DNA from: Bacillota bacterium
GTDB taxonomy: Bacteria; Bacillota; Clostridia; DSM-8532
Direction of reading: 5' to 3'
NCBI GenBank assembly: GCA_023411795.1
Contig: JAEYOK010000027.1
Coordinates: forward strand, 62,609-126,608
Length of the DNA stretch: 64,000 bases
In this document: in pieces, positions 38,173 to 47,840 of the stretch
How positions within the stretch are numbered: position 1 is the stretch's first letter
How the letters are laid out: each line of letters starts with the position of its first letter
Notes under the pieces: generated by a model
Databases searched by the model: none
The model's input: only the letters and a program-made list of their open reading frames with translations
What the model was told of the DNA's origin: nothing
Program-made: the position numbers and the translations under genes

Positions 38173-38947
38173 TAAAAAGCAGAGCGTTTTCTTCTTTATT
38201 TATTGCGTAGAACCCTGTTGGATTTTCAGGGTTTTCCTTGTTATACAAAAACGTATTCCCTTCCATTCCCATGAATAGCCCGCCTGCCTCTGTGACTATA
38301 ATTTCCATAGCAGCAGTATCCCACTCCATAATCCTGCCAAAACGGTAATAAACCTCTACGTCGCCTCTTGCCAAAAGGCATCCCTTATATGCACTTCCGG
38401 CGGGTATAACATTTTTTATACTATTATCTTCGATAAGTTTTTCCAGCTCGGGATTGTGGTGAGTACGGCTCTTTGTAAGCCTTATATCCTCCGTTCTCTG
38501 AGATACAAAAAGACGTTCTTCTTTTCCATTTATCAGTGAATAAGTTCCCATACCTTTTATAGCATAATACAACTGATCATAAACCGGGACATAGATGACT
38601 CCCAAGACAGGCCTTCCCCATTCAGTCAGAGCAATATTAACAGTGAACTCATCACTTCTATTAATGAATTCTTTTGTGCCGTCAAGAGGGTCCACAACAA
38701 AGCAGTATCTTGCTCCCAGTCTTGAAGAGTCATCCTCTGATTCCTCGGATAAAACTGGAATGTCAGGATAAACTTCCTTTAGACCACTAACTATAAGACT
38801 ATCCGCCTTTTTATCAGCATCAGTTACGGGCGATTTATCTTTTTTTAACACTATATGAAACTCCTTTTTATAAAACTTTAGTATCTCTTTCCCGGCAACA
38901 ATTGAAAGTTTCTTCATGGTATCGAGAGTATCTTTTGAATTTATCAA
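38162..38947 (-). CDS. Inositol monophosphatase family / 3'(2'),5'-bisphosphate nucleotidase (CysQ-like)
   Basis: Contains LSEES..., VVDPLDGTKEF and WDTAA motifs. Confidence 0.75.
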   Translation of the reverse strand: MINSKDTLDTMKKLSIVAGKEILKFYKKEFHIVLKKDKSPVTDADKKADSLIVSGLKEVYPDIPVLSEESEDDSSRLGARYCFVVDPLDGTKEFINRSDEFTVNIALTEWGRPVLGVIYVPVYDQLYYAIKGMGTYSLINGKEERLFVSQRTEDIRLTKSRTHHNPELEKLIEDNSIKNVIPAGSAYKGCLLARGDVEVYYRFGRIMEWDTAAMEIIVTEAGGLFMGMEGNTFLYNKENPENPTGFYAINKEENALLFTKE

Positions 38948-38963
38948 ATCTTCATCTCCAAAA

Positions 38964-39230
38964 TCAAATTATTTTAATGTATTTCTTACGGTCTTGGACA
39001 AACTCTATTCTATAGGCCTCCCTCACAGGACAGCCAAAGGCTACGCTCGTACTTATAACCTGGTTTAAATACTGCTCAGGAAACAGGAGACAATAGCCAC
39101 ATCCTGTTTTGGTAACTTTACATGGTGTTGATATAACTTGAAAAACAATCCCCCTCTGTTCAAAAACCCGACAGATTCTATATGCATAATTCCCCGAATC
39201 ATAAAGGGCAATACAATCCATAGCATGCAC
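38964..39230 (-). CDS. DUF3343-like small protein (putative S/Se carrier-like fold)
   Basis: 88 aa; the pattern ...RGIVFQVISTPCKVTKTGCGYCLLF resembles the DUF3343 family. Confidence 0.5.
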   Translation of the reverse strand: MHAMDCIALYDSGNYAYRICRVFEQRGIVFQVISTPCKVTKTGCGYCLLFPEQYLNQVISTSVAFGCPVREAYRIEFVQDRKKYIKII

Positions 39231-39355
39231 CTATTATATCATAATCATAATATATGCTATTCCTTTTTAGATAAAGATGATACTAACTTGATTTCCCTGA
39301 GATTAGTAGCCCAGCACTAATGGTGCGCCTACGTATACGTATCATGCTTATCTCC

Positions 39356-39385
39356 TTGACATGAAGAATCGGGGTGAAGTATAAT
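39356..39385 (+). promoter_or_regulatory. SigA-type promoter for tRNA-Arg
   Basis: TTGACA-N18-TATAAT, about 38 nt upstream of the tRNA 5' end. Confidence 0.6.
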
Positions 39386-39423
39386 GTTTAATGCGCTTGT
39401 GAATTTGTTACTCGCGTTGCTAT

Positions 39424-39500
39424 GCGCCCGTAGCTCAGTCGGATAGAGCACAAGTTTCCTAAACTTGGTGTCGCACGTTCAATTCGTGTCGGGCGTACCA
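39424..39500 (+). tRNA. tRNA-Arg (anticodon CCT), CCA encoded
   Basis: GCGCCCGTAGCTCAGTCGGATAGAGCACAAGTTTCCTAAACTTGGTGTCGCACGTTCAATTCGTGTCGGGCGTACCA folds as a cloverleaf. The anticodon loop TTCCTAA gives CCT. The T-loop is GTTCAATTC, and G1-U72 is a wobble pair. Confidence 0.9.
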
Positions 39501-39545
39501 AAAGAGCCGATAATTTTTCATTGAAATTTATCGGCTCTTTTCTAT
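39501..39545 (+). terminator. Rho-independent terminator after tRNA-Arg
   Basis: AAAGAGCCGATAA-(14-nt loop)-TTATCGGCTCTTT followed by TCT. Confidence 0.8.
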
Positions 39546-39628
39546 ATGTAGTGTAACTACAATTAATTTTTTCTTACAGCTCTTTGATTACTTCCTGATC
39601 TTTGGCATTGGCAAGCTACCTGTCTACT

Positions 39629-40030
39629 TCAATCCATATAGATTGCAAATCCGCTCTTGGCGTCATTACTGAAACCTAGGCTTTTGTAAAATTCATGGGC
39701 TTCCTTACGTTTATTGGAGCTTAATAGCATTACTTTATAGCAATTGTGTTCCCGTGCGAATTCCAAGAGCAGTTGAAATGTAGTGCGACCAAAGCCCCGT
39801 CTTCGGAAATCGGGGTGGGTTATGACATTCTCTATTACTGCGTAAGGTCTTCCGGTACGGGTGAGGTTAGGAATAATAGTTATATTGCTAGTGGCAATAA
39901 TTTTTTCCTCTTCCTCTACCACCACATAGCGATACCTTTCCTGATTATTCATAATCTCATCCCATACAGTTTTCAAATGAGCTAAAGACCCTATGGCATC
40001 TTCCGGATGAAGGATTTCATATAAATCCAT
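39629..40030 (-). CDS. GNAT-family N-acetyltransferase
   Basis: 133 aa. HPDFRRRGFGRTTFQ is the acetyl-CoA-binding R/Q-x-x-G-x-G/A motif. Confidence 0.8.
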   Translation of the reverse strand: MDLYEILHPEDAIGSLAHLKTVWDEIMNNQERYRYVVVEEEEKIIATSNITIIPNLTRTGRPYAVIENVITHPDFRRRGFGRTTFQLLLEFAREHNCYKVMLLSSNKRKEAHEFYKSLGFSNDAKSGFAIYMD

Positions 40031-40086
40031 TATCCCTTCAAAATCATTATATCCGGCAAATCTGGCTCCCTTAGATAAACCTTCTC

Positions 40087-41655
40087 TCAGCTAACAGTTT
40101 CAAGGTTATTAAGTATACCTGCTGAAAAAACAAACATAGTAACTGCAAGAATAAAGCTCCAGCCGCCAAAGATGCAAAGCATTAAGAATTCACTACCTGT
40201 TATGCCGAAAACTATACCTCCGCCAACGAGACCAGGTACGAGTATTAAAAGATTAACAATAGCCTTTATAAATACCAGAAGGCCCTTGCTGTGAACACGT
40301 CCAAAAATTCTCCGGGTAAGAACATCACAGTATGTATATACAGCCCCGAAAAAAACATAAGTAATCATACATATTACTACTAAAGTTATCGGAGCTTTTA
40401 ATAGAATACCTGATATTGTAAATAATGCAAATCCGTCAAAAAGATTCTTCACGTGTTCTCCCAATGTTACGAAAAACAGCTTTTCGTATGGTGAAGCCGG
40501 AATGATAAAAATATAATGCTTTTCTAATTCAATACCAAGTCTGCCCTGCATTTGGAACAAAAGCAGCATGTATAAGGCAAAGAAAAGGATAAGCGACAAA
40601 GAAAAAGTCCCCACCTCATCAGGCATAATAAAGTTAAAAGCTATAGCTGCAATTATGACTGAAATTGAAGTTCTATCAAAGAAGAGAAAATATGCAGTCT
40701 TCCTAAGCTCCAGCAAGTGCTTGAAGAAAATTGAGCTGGCTCCTGTTCCGGATAATCTTTGTTTGACCTTATTTTTTACTTTCAAATTGAAGCTCATATT
40801 ATTGCCTTCACGCTTTGCTTTCACAGCCGCTTCAACATATTCGGCACCTTCAAGTACATCCTCGTAATAATCGAGATTCATACGATATAGTACAACAGAT
40901 GAGCCTAAGATCAAAACGAACATTCCGATAACCCCAACCCAGAATTCAGTGGTTATACCATTAATGGCAGCTGTTGCGATGGAAGCGGTCCAACCTACCA
41001 CAGGAAAGTACTTGGCAACCGGATTATTAAAAACTTCATCAAAGGAACCTATAAGATTACGCGTTTTTGCAAGACTTATAAGGAATAAAACAGCAACTGC
41101 AAGTGCAAATACATCAAATATTCTTTTTAGAAGCTGTTTTCTTCCGGATTTTTTTGTAGCCCATGAATAAAGAATCATGCTTATCAGCGGGTAAGAAAGA
41201 GCATAAACTACTACTGATAACAAAATCATCCAAGTACCATACGGTTTCATTTCAAAATTATTTTTTAAGTTGGGAATCTGGCAAATAGCTATAAACAAAA
41301 ATAAAAAGGTTCCGCCCACCTGCTTAATAAAAGCATATAGCAGGATTTGGTTAGGCACTATCGGTGCGGTAAAAGCCAGATTAACATCGGCCATTCGAAA
41401 ATAGGTGCTTCCTTTTTCAATCCCCACTTTAAGAGTTGTATAATACATAAATATAAATACCAGTGCCATTATGCCCGCAAAGAGGCTCGGCGAACCGCTT
41501 CTGACAAGACCTGCCGGCATGGCAAATGAAACATACAGCATGCCAACAACAAAAACTAATATAAATATGTAACCTATAAGTATAACAGGCTTTTTAAATA
41601 CACCTTTTATTAAGTTCTTAAGGGTTCCCCTTATGATAAAGAGTAATGATTTCAT
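40087..41655 (-). CDS. Putative ABC exporter permease (multi-TM, 522 aa)
   Basis: About 12 hydrophobic segments. ATGA-type overlap with the upstream ABC ATPase gene. Confidence 0.65.
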   Translation of the reverse strand: MKSLLFIIRGTLKNLIKGVFKKPVILIGYIFILVFVVGMLYVSFAMPAGLVRSGSPSLFAGIMALVFIFMYYTTLKVGIEKGSTYFRMADVNLAFTAPIVPNQILLYAFIKQVGGTFLFLFIAICQIPNLKNNFEMKPYGTWMILLSVVVYALSYPLISMILYSWATKKSGRKQLLKRIFDVFALAVAVLFLISLAKTRNLIGSFDEVFNNPVAKYFPVVGWTASIATAAINGITTEFWVGVIGMFVLILGSSVVLYRMNLDYYEDVLEGAEYVEAAVKAKREGNNMSFNLKVKNKVKQRLSGTGASSIFFKHLLELRKTAYFLFFDRTSISVIIAAIAFNFIMPDEVGTFSLSLILFFALYMLLLFQMQGRLGIELEKHYIFIIPASPYEKLFFVTLGEHVKNLFDGFALFTISGILLKAPITLVVICMITYVFFGAVYTYCDVLTRRIFGRVHSKGLLVFIKAIVNLLILVPGLVGGGIVFGITGSEFLMLCIFGGWSFILAVTMFVFSAGILNNLETVS

Positions 41656-42365
41656 GCGGACTGTCCCTCCTCCTCCTCAGTTAAGGAAAAGAAGATATGT
41701 TCCAAAGATTCACCGCTGGCGACCATTGCTTCCCTATTATTGTTATATACAATTTCACCCTTATTCATAATTAACGCTTTATCCCAGATTTCAGCTATAG
41801 AATCAAGGATATGAGTGCTAATAAGTATGGCACATCCGGAATTTCGTAGTTCAACAAAAACTTCTTTAAGCTCTTTTATTGCCTTAGGATCAAGGCCTAT
41901 CATAGGCTCGTCAAACATGACCATGTGGGGATTAATCAGAAGTGCACAGCAAATACTAACCTTTTGTTGCATTCCTTTTGAAAGCTCCTTACCCACCTTC
42001 TTTTTCTTATCATCCATATCAAAACGGGTTAAGAGCTTTTCTGCGTTTTCTTCCCAGTCCTTTAGACCATACGCTCTAGCTATAAACTCGAGATGCTCCC
42101 ATACACTAAGGGATTCATAGAGAGATGGAGACTCCGGCACGTAACCAAAGATTTTTTTCGCATCAATGCTCTTATTTGGCTTGCCATCGATTGTGATCTC
42201 TCCATCAAAACGCAAAAGCCCGGCAATAGATTTTATTGTCGTGCTTTTCCCCGCTCCGTTGGGCCCGATAAGTACACCAATCTCACCGCTATTAATTTCA
42301 AATGAAACCTTGTTTACAGCCAAAACCTTTTCATACTTCTTTGACAAATTTTTAACCTTTAACAT
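41652..42365 (-). CDS. ABC transporter ATP-binding protein
   Basis: Walker A GPNGAGKST, signature LSKGMQQK and Walker B MVMFDEP. Confidence 0.9.
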   Translation of the reverse strand: MLKVKNLSKKYEKVLAVNKVSFEINSGEIGVLIGPNGAGKSTTIKSIAGLLRFDGEITIDGKPNKSIDAKKIFGYVPESPSLYESLSVWEHLEFIARAYGLKDWEENAEKLLTRFDMDDKKKKVGKELSKGMQQKVSICCALLINPHMVMFDEPMIGLDPKAIKELKEVFVELRNSGCAILISTHILDSIAEIWDKALIMNKGEIVYNNNREAMVASGESLEHIFFSLTEEEEGQSA

Positions 42366-42444
42366 AACGGCCTCCTATAGGCTAAATAATCATTATAGCC
42401 CTCATTTTTATTCTTTTCCATTATGCGGTGCATGGTGCTTTTTA

Positions 42445-42492
42445 CTGTGCAGTATGCTGTGCATTGTGCTGTGCATTGTGACGTGCACTATG
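42445..42492. repeat. 12-bp tandem array x4 (CTGTGCAnTnTG), plus a degenerate fifth copy at 42426-42437
   Basis: Read directly as ctgtgcagtatg / ctgtgcattgtg / ctgtgcattgtg / acgtgcactatg. Lies between the SEC-C gene stop and the ABC ATPase gene start. Confidence 0.85.
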
Positions 42493-42495
42493 CAT

Positions 42496-43005
42496 TTATG
42501 CACCACAGCATTTCTTGTATTTCTTTCCGCTACCGCATGGACATGGATCATTTCTTCCCACCTTGTTGCTAACAGCCCTGTGGTCTTCATTATACTGTTT
42601 TCTTATTTGCAGTCTTTCGTCGGTAGATAATAAAGCATCCCATTCTTTTAGTTCATAAAGCCAATTTGCCTTTGCATTAAGCATATTGTAATAAAGTTTA
42701 TAATGCAGAATCGCTTTGTCAATTTGACTTTCTTCAGTAAGAGATTCCAAGTCAAGCTTACTGTCCAAGCTGGTATTAATACCATCTAAAAAACCCATAA
42801 AAGTTAGGTTGTCCATGTCATAAGTTTTCGCCAACTCATCCAGCCGACCTGTAAGGCTTGCTGTACCTGATGCCAAAATAGTTTTGTATGCCTCAGTTTC
42901 TTTCTGAATATAATTTTCAAAAAACTTTTGATTCTCTGGGTCTCTGTTCTGATCTTCCAGCCTTTTCTGCCAATCTCCAAATAAACTCATAGCACTTTCC
43001 TCCAA
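42496..43005 (-). CDS. SEC-C motif domain protein
   Basis: The C-terminal [19 protein letters not shown] is the SEC-C metal-binding motif. Confidence 0.8.
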   Translation of the reverse strand: MEESAMSLFGDWQKRLEDQNRDPENQKFFENYIQKETEAYKTILASGTASLTGRLDELAKTYDMDNLTFMGFLDGINTSLDSKLDLESLTEESQIDKAILHYKLYYNMLNAKANWLYELKEWDALLSTDERLQIRKQYNEDHRAVSNKVGRNDPCPCGSGKKYKKCCGA

Positions 43006-43034
43006 TAATACATAAAAGTTTCGTAAATGTCTGA

Positions 43035-44729
43035 TTACATTTTTTCTGGAGCATCAATTCTTATCAACTCCAAAATATTTCTTATTACAATTCTGGTACA
43101 GTCAACCAGTAATATACGTGCCATCATCAATTCCTTTTCCTCACCTTTAACCCTGCAGGCATTATAGAAGCTGTGGAAGCTTGCTGCAACTTCCATTACA
43201 TAGCGGGTCAAACGGCTTGGTTCAAGAGTTTTTGCCGAAAGAGCCACTTCCTCAGGATACTCAGAAAGCTTTCTCATTAGCTCTTCCTCTTCCTTTTCCT
43301 TTAAGAGGGTAAGGTCAACCTCACTTATAGGTCTGCCCACAATTCCTTCCTCACCCAGTTTTCTGATGAGGCTGCAAATACGCGCATGAGCATACTGGAC
43401 ATAAAAAACAGGATTCTCATTAGATTGCTTAACTGCTAGATCCAAATCAAAATCAAGATGGCTTCCAGAACTTTTAAGGTTAAAGAAGAAACGGGCCGCA
43501 TCCTTTCCAACTTCCTCTAAAAGGTCCCCGAGCGCAATGGCTTTACCGGTTCTCTTTGACATACGGGCAAGCTCGCCGTTTCTGAAAAGCCTTACGAGCT
43601 GGAATAGTACAACCTCCAATTGTTCTTTTTTAAGTCCAAAGGGAGTAATTGCAGCCTTCATCCTTGCTACATGGCCATGATGGTCGGCACCCCAAAGATC
43701 AATAGCCCAATCAAAGCCTCTGGTTATAAGCTTATTATAGTGATATGCTATATCGGCTGCCATATAAGTTGGAATGCCATTATTCCTGATGAGAACCTCG
43801 TCCTTCTCAAGACCGAGCTTCTCACCGTTTAGCCAGATTGCATCATCTCTTGTAACCGTATAGCCATTTTCTACAAGAAAATCTATGGTCTTCTTAACAG
43901 CTCCGCTTTCATGGAGTGATTTTTCAGAAAACCATACATCATAGTGAATGCCGTACGCCGAAAGTATGTCCTGAATTTTCTGAATGTTGATGGGAAGTGC
44001 ATAATCTACTAGGGCACGACGCCTTTCTTCAGCAGGCTTGTCAGCTAGAGAAGCTCCATTCTGGCTGAAATAAGCCTTGGCGTGATCCATTATGTCCTCC
44101 CCGTGATAACCATCCTCGGGGAAGCTTACTTTATCTTCACCCAGAACGAGCTGGAGATAACGAGCTTCCAGTGATAACCCAAACTTTTCTATCTGATTTC
44201 CGGCATCATTTATATAAAATTCTCTGGTCACATCATATCCTGCTTTTTTAAGTACGCTGGCTAAGCAATCTCCCAATGCTCCACCGCGGGCATTTCCCAT
44301 ATGAAGCGGGCCGGTGGGGTTGGCGCTTACAAACTCTACATTAACCTTTATCCCCTTACCCAGGTCAACCTCTCCGTAGTTTTCTTTCTTTTCCTGGATT
44401 ATCTTAAGGCAATCATAAAGCCAGTCCTTTTTCAGGTAGAAATTTATGAAACCGGGGCCAGCTATTTCAGTTCTGTCAATATAAGTTCCGGTAAAATCAA
44501 ATTCGCCCAATAATAGCTCGGCTGTTTTTCTAGGGGGAAGCTTGGTTTGCTTTGATACCTGCATGGCAACATTAGTGGAAAAATCCCCGAATCCCCGTTC
44601 CCGAGGTACCTCTACAGTCATTTCACCGATTTGAACATTTGGAAGGCTTCCTTTTTGTTCGCATGCCTCAAAGGCTTTCTTTATAACGCTGTAAACTTGT
44701 TCCCTGATTTTATCAAAAATATTGTTCAT
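43035..44729 (-). CDS. argS: Arginine--tRNA ligase
   Basis: [15 protein letters not shown] (HIGH region), MSKRTG (KMSKS-like) and an anticodon-binding C-terminus. 564 aa. Confidence 0.95.
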   Translation of the reverse strand: MNNIFDKIREQVYSVIKKAFEACEQKGSLPNVQIGEMTVEVPRERGFGDFSTNVAMQVSKQTKLPPRKTAELLLGEFDFTGTYIDRTEIAGPGFINFYLKKDWLYDCLKIIQEKKENYGEVDLGKGIKVNVEFVSANPTGPLHMGNARGGALGDCLASVLKKAGYDVTREFYINDAGNQIEKFGLSLEARYLQLVLGEDKVSFPEDGYHGEDIMDHAKAYFSQNGASLADKPAEERRRALVDYALPINIQKIQDILSAYGIHYDVWFSEKSLHESGAVKKTIDFLVENGYTVTRDDAIWLNGEKLGLEKDEVLIRNNGIPTYMAADIAYHYNKLITRGFDWAIDLWGADHHGHVARMKAAITPFGLKKEQLEVVLFQLVRLFRNGELARMSKRTGKAIALGDLLEEVGKDAARFFFNLKSSGSHLDFDLDLAVKQSNENPVFYVQYAHARICSLIRKLGEEGIVGRPISEVDLTLLKEKEEEELMRKLSEYPEEVALSAKTLEPSRLTRYVMEVAASFHSFYNACRVKGEEKELMMARILLVDCTRIVIRNILELIRIDAPEKM

Positions 44730-44760
44730 TAATTACATCCATCCTTATTTACTTCAGTTA

Positions 44761-45189
44761 TCAGTTTTTTCTTTCGCTGACACTTACATTAAGACTGTTT
44801 CTACCACCATAAGAGCGATTATACTCAAGTATATAATCCACTTTGATATTACCGCCTGTTTCACAGAAGTCAACGTCAACATTTCTGGCTGTTATTCCCA
44901 GTATAACACTTCCGTACTGAGTATCATAGTCTGTAAGGTGGGTTTTCCCCACCTCAAACAGCATCATGGCATCCACATTTCCATGCCTTGTTAAGGTTAC
45001 AGAATCCTTACCTACTTTTAAAGTTGTTGTAGTACCGCTTAATCCGGTTATTTCACTTTCCTCATACTTTATGATGTAGCCATCGTTTTCCTTTGTGAGT
45101 GTCCCTTCTGTAACAAAGCTCATGTGATCCTTTTCACCTGTCGGTTCGTCAATAACGCTATTCACCGTAATTAAAACTTGCTTTTCCAC
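44761..45189 (-). CDS. DUF1934 (YwiB-like) beta-barrel protein
   Basis: 142 aa immediately upstream of argS, the conserved position for this family in Firmicutes. GTG start. Confidence 0.65.
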   Translation of the reverse strand: MEKQVLITVNSVIDEPTGEKDHMSFVTEGTLTKENDGYIIKYEESEITGLSGTTTTLKVGKDSVTLTRHGNVDAMMLFEVGKTHLTDYDTQYGSVILGITARNVDVDFCETGGNIKVDYILEYNRSYGGRNSLNVSVSERKN

Positions 45190-45191
45190 AA

Positions 45192-46310
45192 TTAGTCCCT
45201 TTCATAAGATCGTGCATTTTGTTCATGTTTCTCAAATGCCAGCTCGATTAGTCTCGTAATAAGCTCCCGGTATGAAATTCCGCTTGCTTCCCAAAGCTTT
45301 GAATACATGCTTATGTTAGTAAAGCCCGGCATAGTATTTATCTCATTTAATATAACCTTACCTTCCACGTCTACAAAAAAATCCACTCTGGAGAGCCCTG
45401 AACAGCCTAATGCTTTAAAAGCTCTAACAGCGTATTCCTGTACCTGTTCAGCAACATGAGATGGGATGTTGGCAGGAATTATTGTATCCGATTTTCCGTC
45501 TATATATTTTGCGTTATAGTCATAGAAATCGTTGCAGGGCACAATTTCTCCCACTGTGGAAGCAATAGGGTTCTCATTACCTAAAACTGCGCACTCTATT
45601 TCTTTACCTTGTATAAATTCTTCAATGAGGATTTTAGCATCATATTTTGCCGCAAATAAAAGAGCGTCTTCCAGTTCCTCTGGTTTTTTAACCTTGCTTA
45701 CACCTACTGATGACCCGGCATTTGCAGGTTTAACAAAACAAGGCCAACCCAACTTTTCTGAAACCCTGTTAATCAAATAGGGTATGGACCCTTCAATTTC
45801 ATTCCTCATAACCTTTATATAGTTTGCTTGAGGGATGCCGGCATTCTGGAATACCAGCTTTGAAAATTCTTTATCCATACCTGCTGCCGAAGATAAAATA
45901 TTACATCCCACATAAGGAACGTCGGCCAATTGCAAAAGTCCTTGAACTGAACCATCTTCGCCGTTAGGGCCGTGTAAAACCGGGAATACAACATCTACGC
46001 CTGTATTTAGATCATCCTTGTTCTTAAAACTAACTAAATCCACACAGCTTGGAGCTACTTTTGTGAGGCTTTTATCAGAACCCTTCTCTAAAAGAAGCTG
46101 GTTTCTTGCGGTCTTCTCCCATTCACCGGTACCAATAAGCTTAATATCCCCTTCAAACTTGAGCCATTCACCTGTTTTAGTTATTCCGACAGTCTGTATA
46201 TCAAAACGCTCTTTATCAATGTTTTCAAGAACACATTGAGCTGATATTCTGGAAACCTCATGCTCTGATGATTGGCCTCCAAATAATACTGTAACCTTTA
46301 TTTTTTTCAC
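45192..46310 (-). CDS. ddl: D-alanine--D-alanine ligase
   Basis: VLFGGQSSEHEVS, FPVLHGPNGEDGSVQG and NEINTMPGFT motifs (ATP-grasp). Confidence 0.95.
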   Translation of the reverse strand: MKKIKVTVLFGGQSSEHEVSRISAQCVLENIDKERFDIQTVGITKTGEWLKFEGDIKLIGTGEWEKTARNQLLLEKGSDKSLTKVAPSCVDLVSFKNKDDLNTGVDVVFPVLHGPNGEDGSVQGLLQLADVPYVGCNILSSAAGMDKEFSKLVFQNAGIPQANYIKVMRNEIEGSIPYLINRVSEKLGWPCFVKPANAGSSVGVSKVKKPEELEDALLFAAKYDAKILIEEFIQGKEIECAVLGNENPIASTVGEIVPCNDFYDYNAKYIDGKSDTIIPANIPSHVAEQVQEYAVRAFKALGCSGLSRVDFFVDVEGKVILNEINTMPGFTNISMYSKLWEASGISYRELITRLIELAFEKHEQNARSYERD

Positions 46311-46412
46311 TCTAAAAGCCTCCTAAACGGTTACAAGGGGAGCTTTTATGCTCCCCTTAATAAGGCGATATTTATTTAATTCTTTTCATAAATTATACTT
46401 AACAATTATACA

Positions 46413-47108
46413 TTATTCAAGCGGATCTTCGTCTTCCTCATTTGAAATCTCTATGCTTCCGGCATCTTCAACTACATCAACAGGTTCAAGGCCCCCATCT
46501 TCAGGGCGTGCAAGCCCCACTTCCTTATTTACGACAGCATCATTTCTTGGAAAATCATTGTTTAAAGTAACACTGTCCTTAAAGTTTTTAGTTTCCTTAC
46601 CGTTAATTGTTATCTTGACCCGTTCAATTTCTTTCATTTCTGTAAGTGAATTAACTATAGAGTATACCGTAAGCTCGGCAAGCTCTTTACCACCTGGGTG
46701 ATTATCAACAAATTCTTTGGTAAAATCAACTTTGGCTACCCTATCTTCAATAGTAACCGGTGACCTTAAGGTAGTACCTTCTGCAATAAGCGAAGTAAGG
46801 CTATCTGCCTTAGGTCCTTTTAATAGTTCTTTAACCATAGCCGAGGCAAGGGTCTCCGCTCCTTTTTTTGCTTCTTTGATATCCACATATCGGATCTCCT
46901 TGACCAGTTTGTTTTGCTGCTCGTTACCGAAATACAAAACTACAGGCACTTTCTCGTTGAGCACAGCCGCTTCTTCTTCATCAATGGTCAGGCTGCTTAT
47001 AGGTGTAAGCTCATCTCCCATGGCATCCTCATTATTTTTATCAGTGCCGCAGGAACACATAATTAGCGCCAGAATCATTATAACAGCTATTACTCTAAAC
47101 TTTTTCAT
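46413..47108 (-). CDS. GerMN-domain lipoprotein
   Basis: Signal peptide ending in LIMCSCG (probable lipobox). VPVVLYFGNEQQNKLVKEIRYVD is typical of GerMN domains. The ATG at 47108 follows GAGGTG. Confidence 0.7.
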   Translation of the reverse strand: MKKFRVIAVIMILALIMCSCGTDKNNEDAMGDELTPISSLTIDEEEAAVLNEKVPVVLYFGNEQQNKLVKEIRYVDIKEAKKGAETLASAMVKELLKGPKADSLTSLIAEGTTLRSPVTIEDRVAKVDFTKEFVDNHPGGKELAELTVYSIVNSLTEMKEIERVKITINGKETKNFKDSVTLNNDFPRNDAVVNKEVGLARPEDGGLEPVDVVEDAGSIEISNEEDEDPLE

Positions 47109-47269
47109 AATGCACACCTCTTGTCTGAATCCATTTTAATGTGTATGTCATGAGAACCCTATTTATTCTAATTTTACGTTTCACTTTACAAACTTAAAGT
47201 CAAGGAGTAGAATTATACAGAAATTAACATTAAAGAGATTTTTCTTTTAATAGATTGGGGGGAACTACT

Positions 47270-47485
47270 ATGAAAAATAGATTGAATCGCGAAAAAATCA
47301 GGGAATTAATGGACAACAGGTGTATGGGCAACTATAATTTGTTTAGCAGAGAGCTTGGTGTTGACCCTGCCCATTTATACAGATTTTTGAACACAGGAGT
47401 CGGTGGAGGAAAGAAAATTATATTCTCTTTAATGACTTACTGTGAAAAAAATAAATTGGATTACAAAAAATACATCGAATTCTAG
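47270..47485 (+). CDS. Small HTH-like hypothetical protein (71 aa)
   Basis: The ATG follows a GGGGGG RBS. ...NYNLFSRELGVDPAHLYRFL resembles a helix-turn-helix. Confidence 0.4.
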   Translation: MKNRLNREKIRELMDNRCMGNYNLFSRELGVDPAHLYRFLNTGVGGGKKIIFSLMTYCEKNKLDYKKYIEF

Positions 47486-47795
47486 TGGTTTTTATGCAGT
47501 TTGACCACAACATGTTGCACGAAATATGAAAATAAAACTTATTAATATTTTGTTGTTTTAGTGCTTATAAACAAACGCTGAATTACTTTATACTGTATAT
47601 GTAAGCAGTAGATGATGCAGTTTTTAATATAATAATATTTGAAGATTAAATGTATAACGAATCGCAGAACTAAACGTAGCAGGTTTTACCCCCTTTTGAC
47701 CAAACCATATGCCCTTATACCCTTATACCCCCTTTTTTTCGCTCCTAATGGAGCGGTACATTTTTAAAATTTTATATAGATTCCTCCTTTATTGT

Positions 47796-47822
47796 AAAAG
47801 ATCGGGCGAACCCGATCTTTTT
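47796..47822. terminator. Bidirectional Rho-independent terminator
   Basis: AAAAGATCGGGcgaaCCCGATCTTTTT, a symmetric stem with A/T runs on both sides, immediately downstream of the TrxR-like gene. Confidence 0.8.
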
Positions 47823-47840
47823 GCTGTCAATTGTATGTGT

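Noticed and set aside
42408-42590. 60-aa His-rich ORF (…MHSTMHSILHSKKHH…) and the 154-aa plus-strand ORF 42166..42630
   Set aside because: The His/Cys-rich repeats are the translation of the 12-bp tandem array. The ORFs overlap the real ABC and SEC-C genes and have no RBS.
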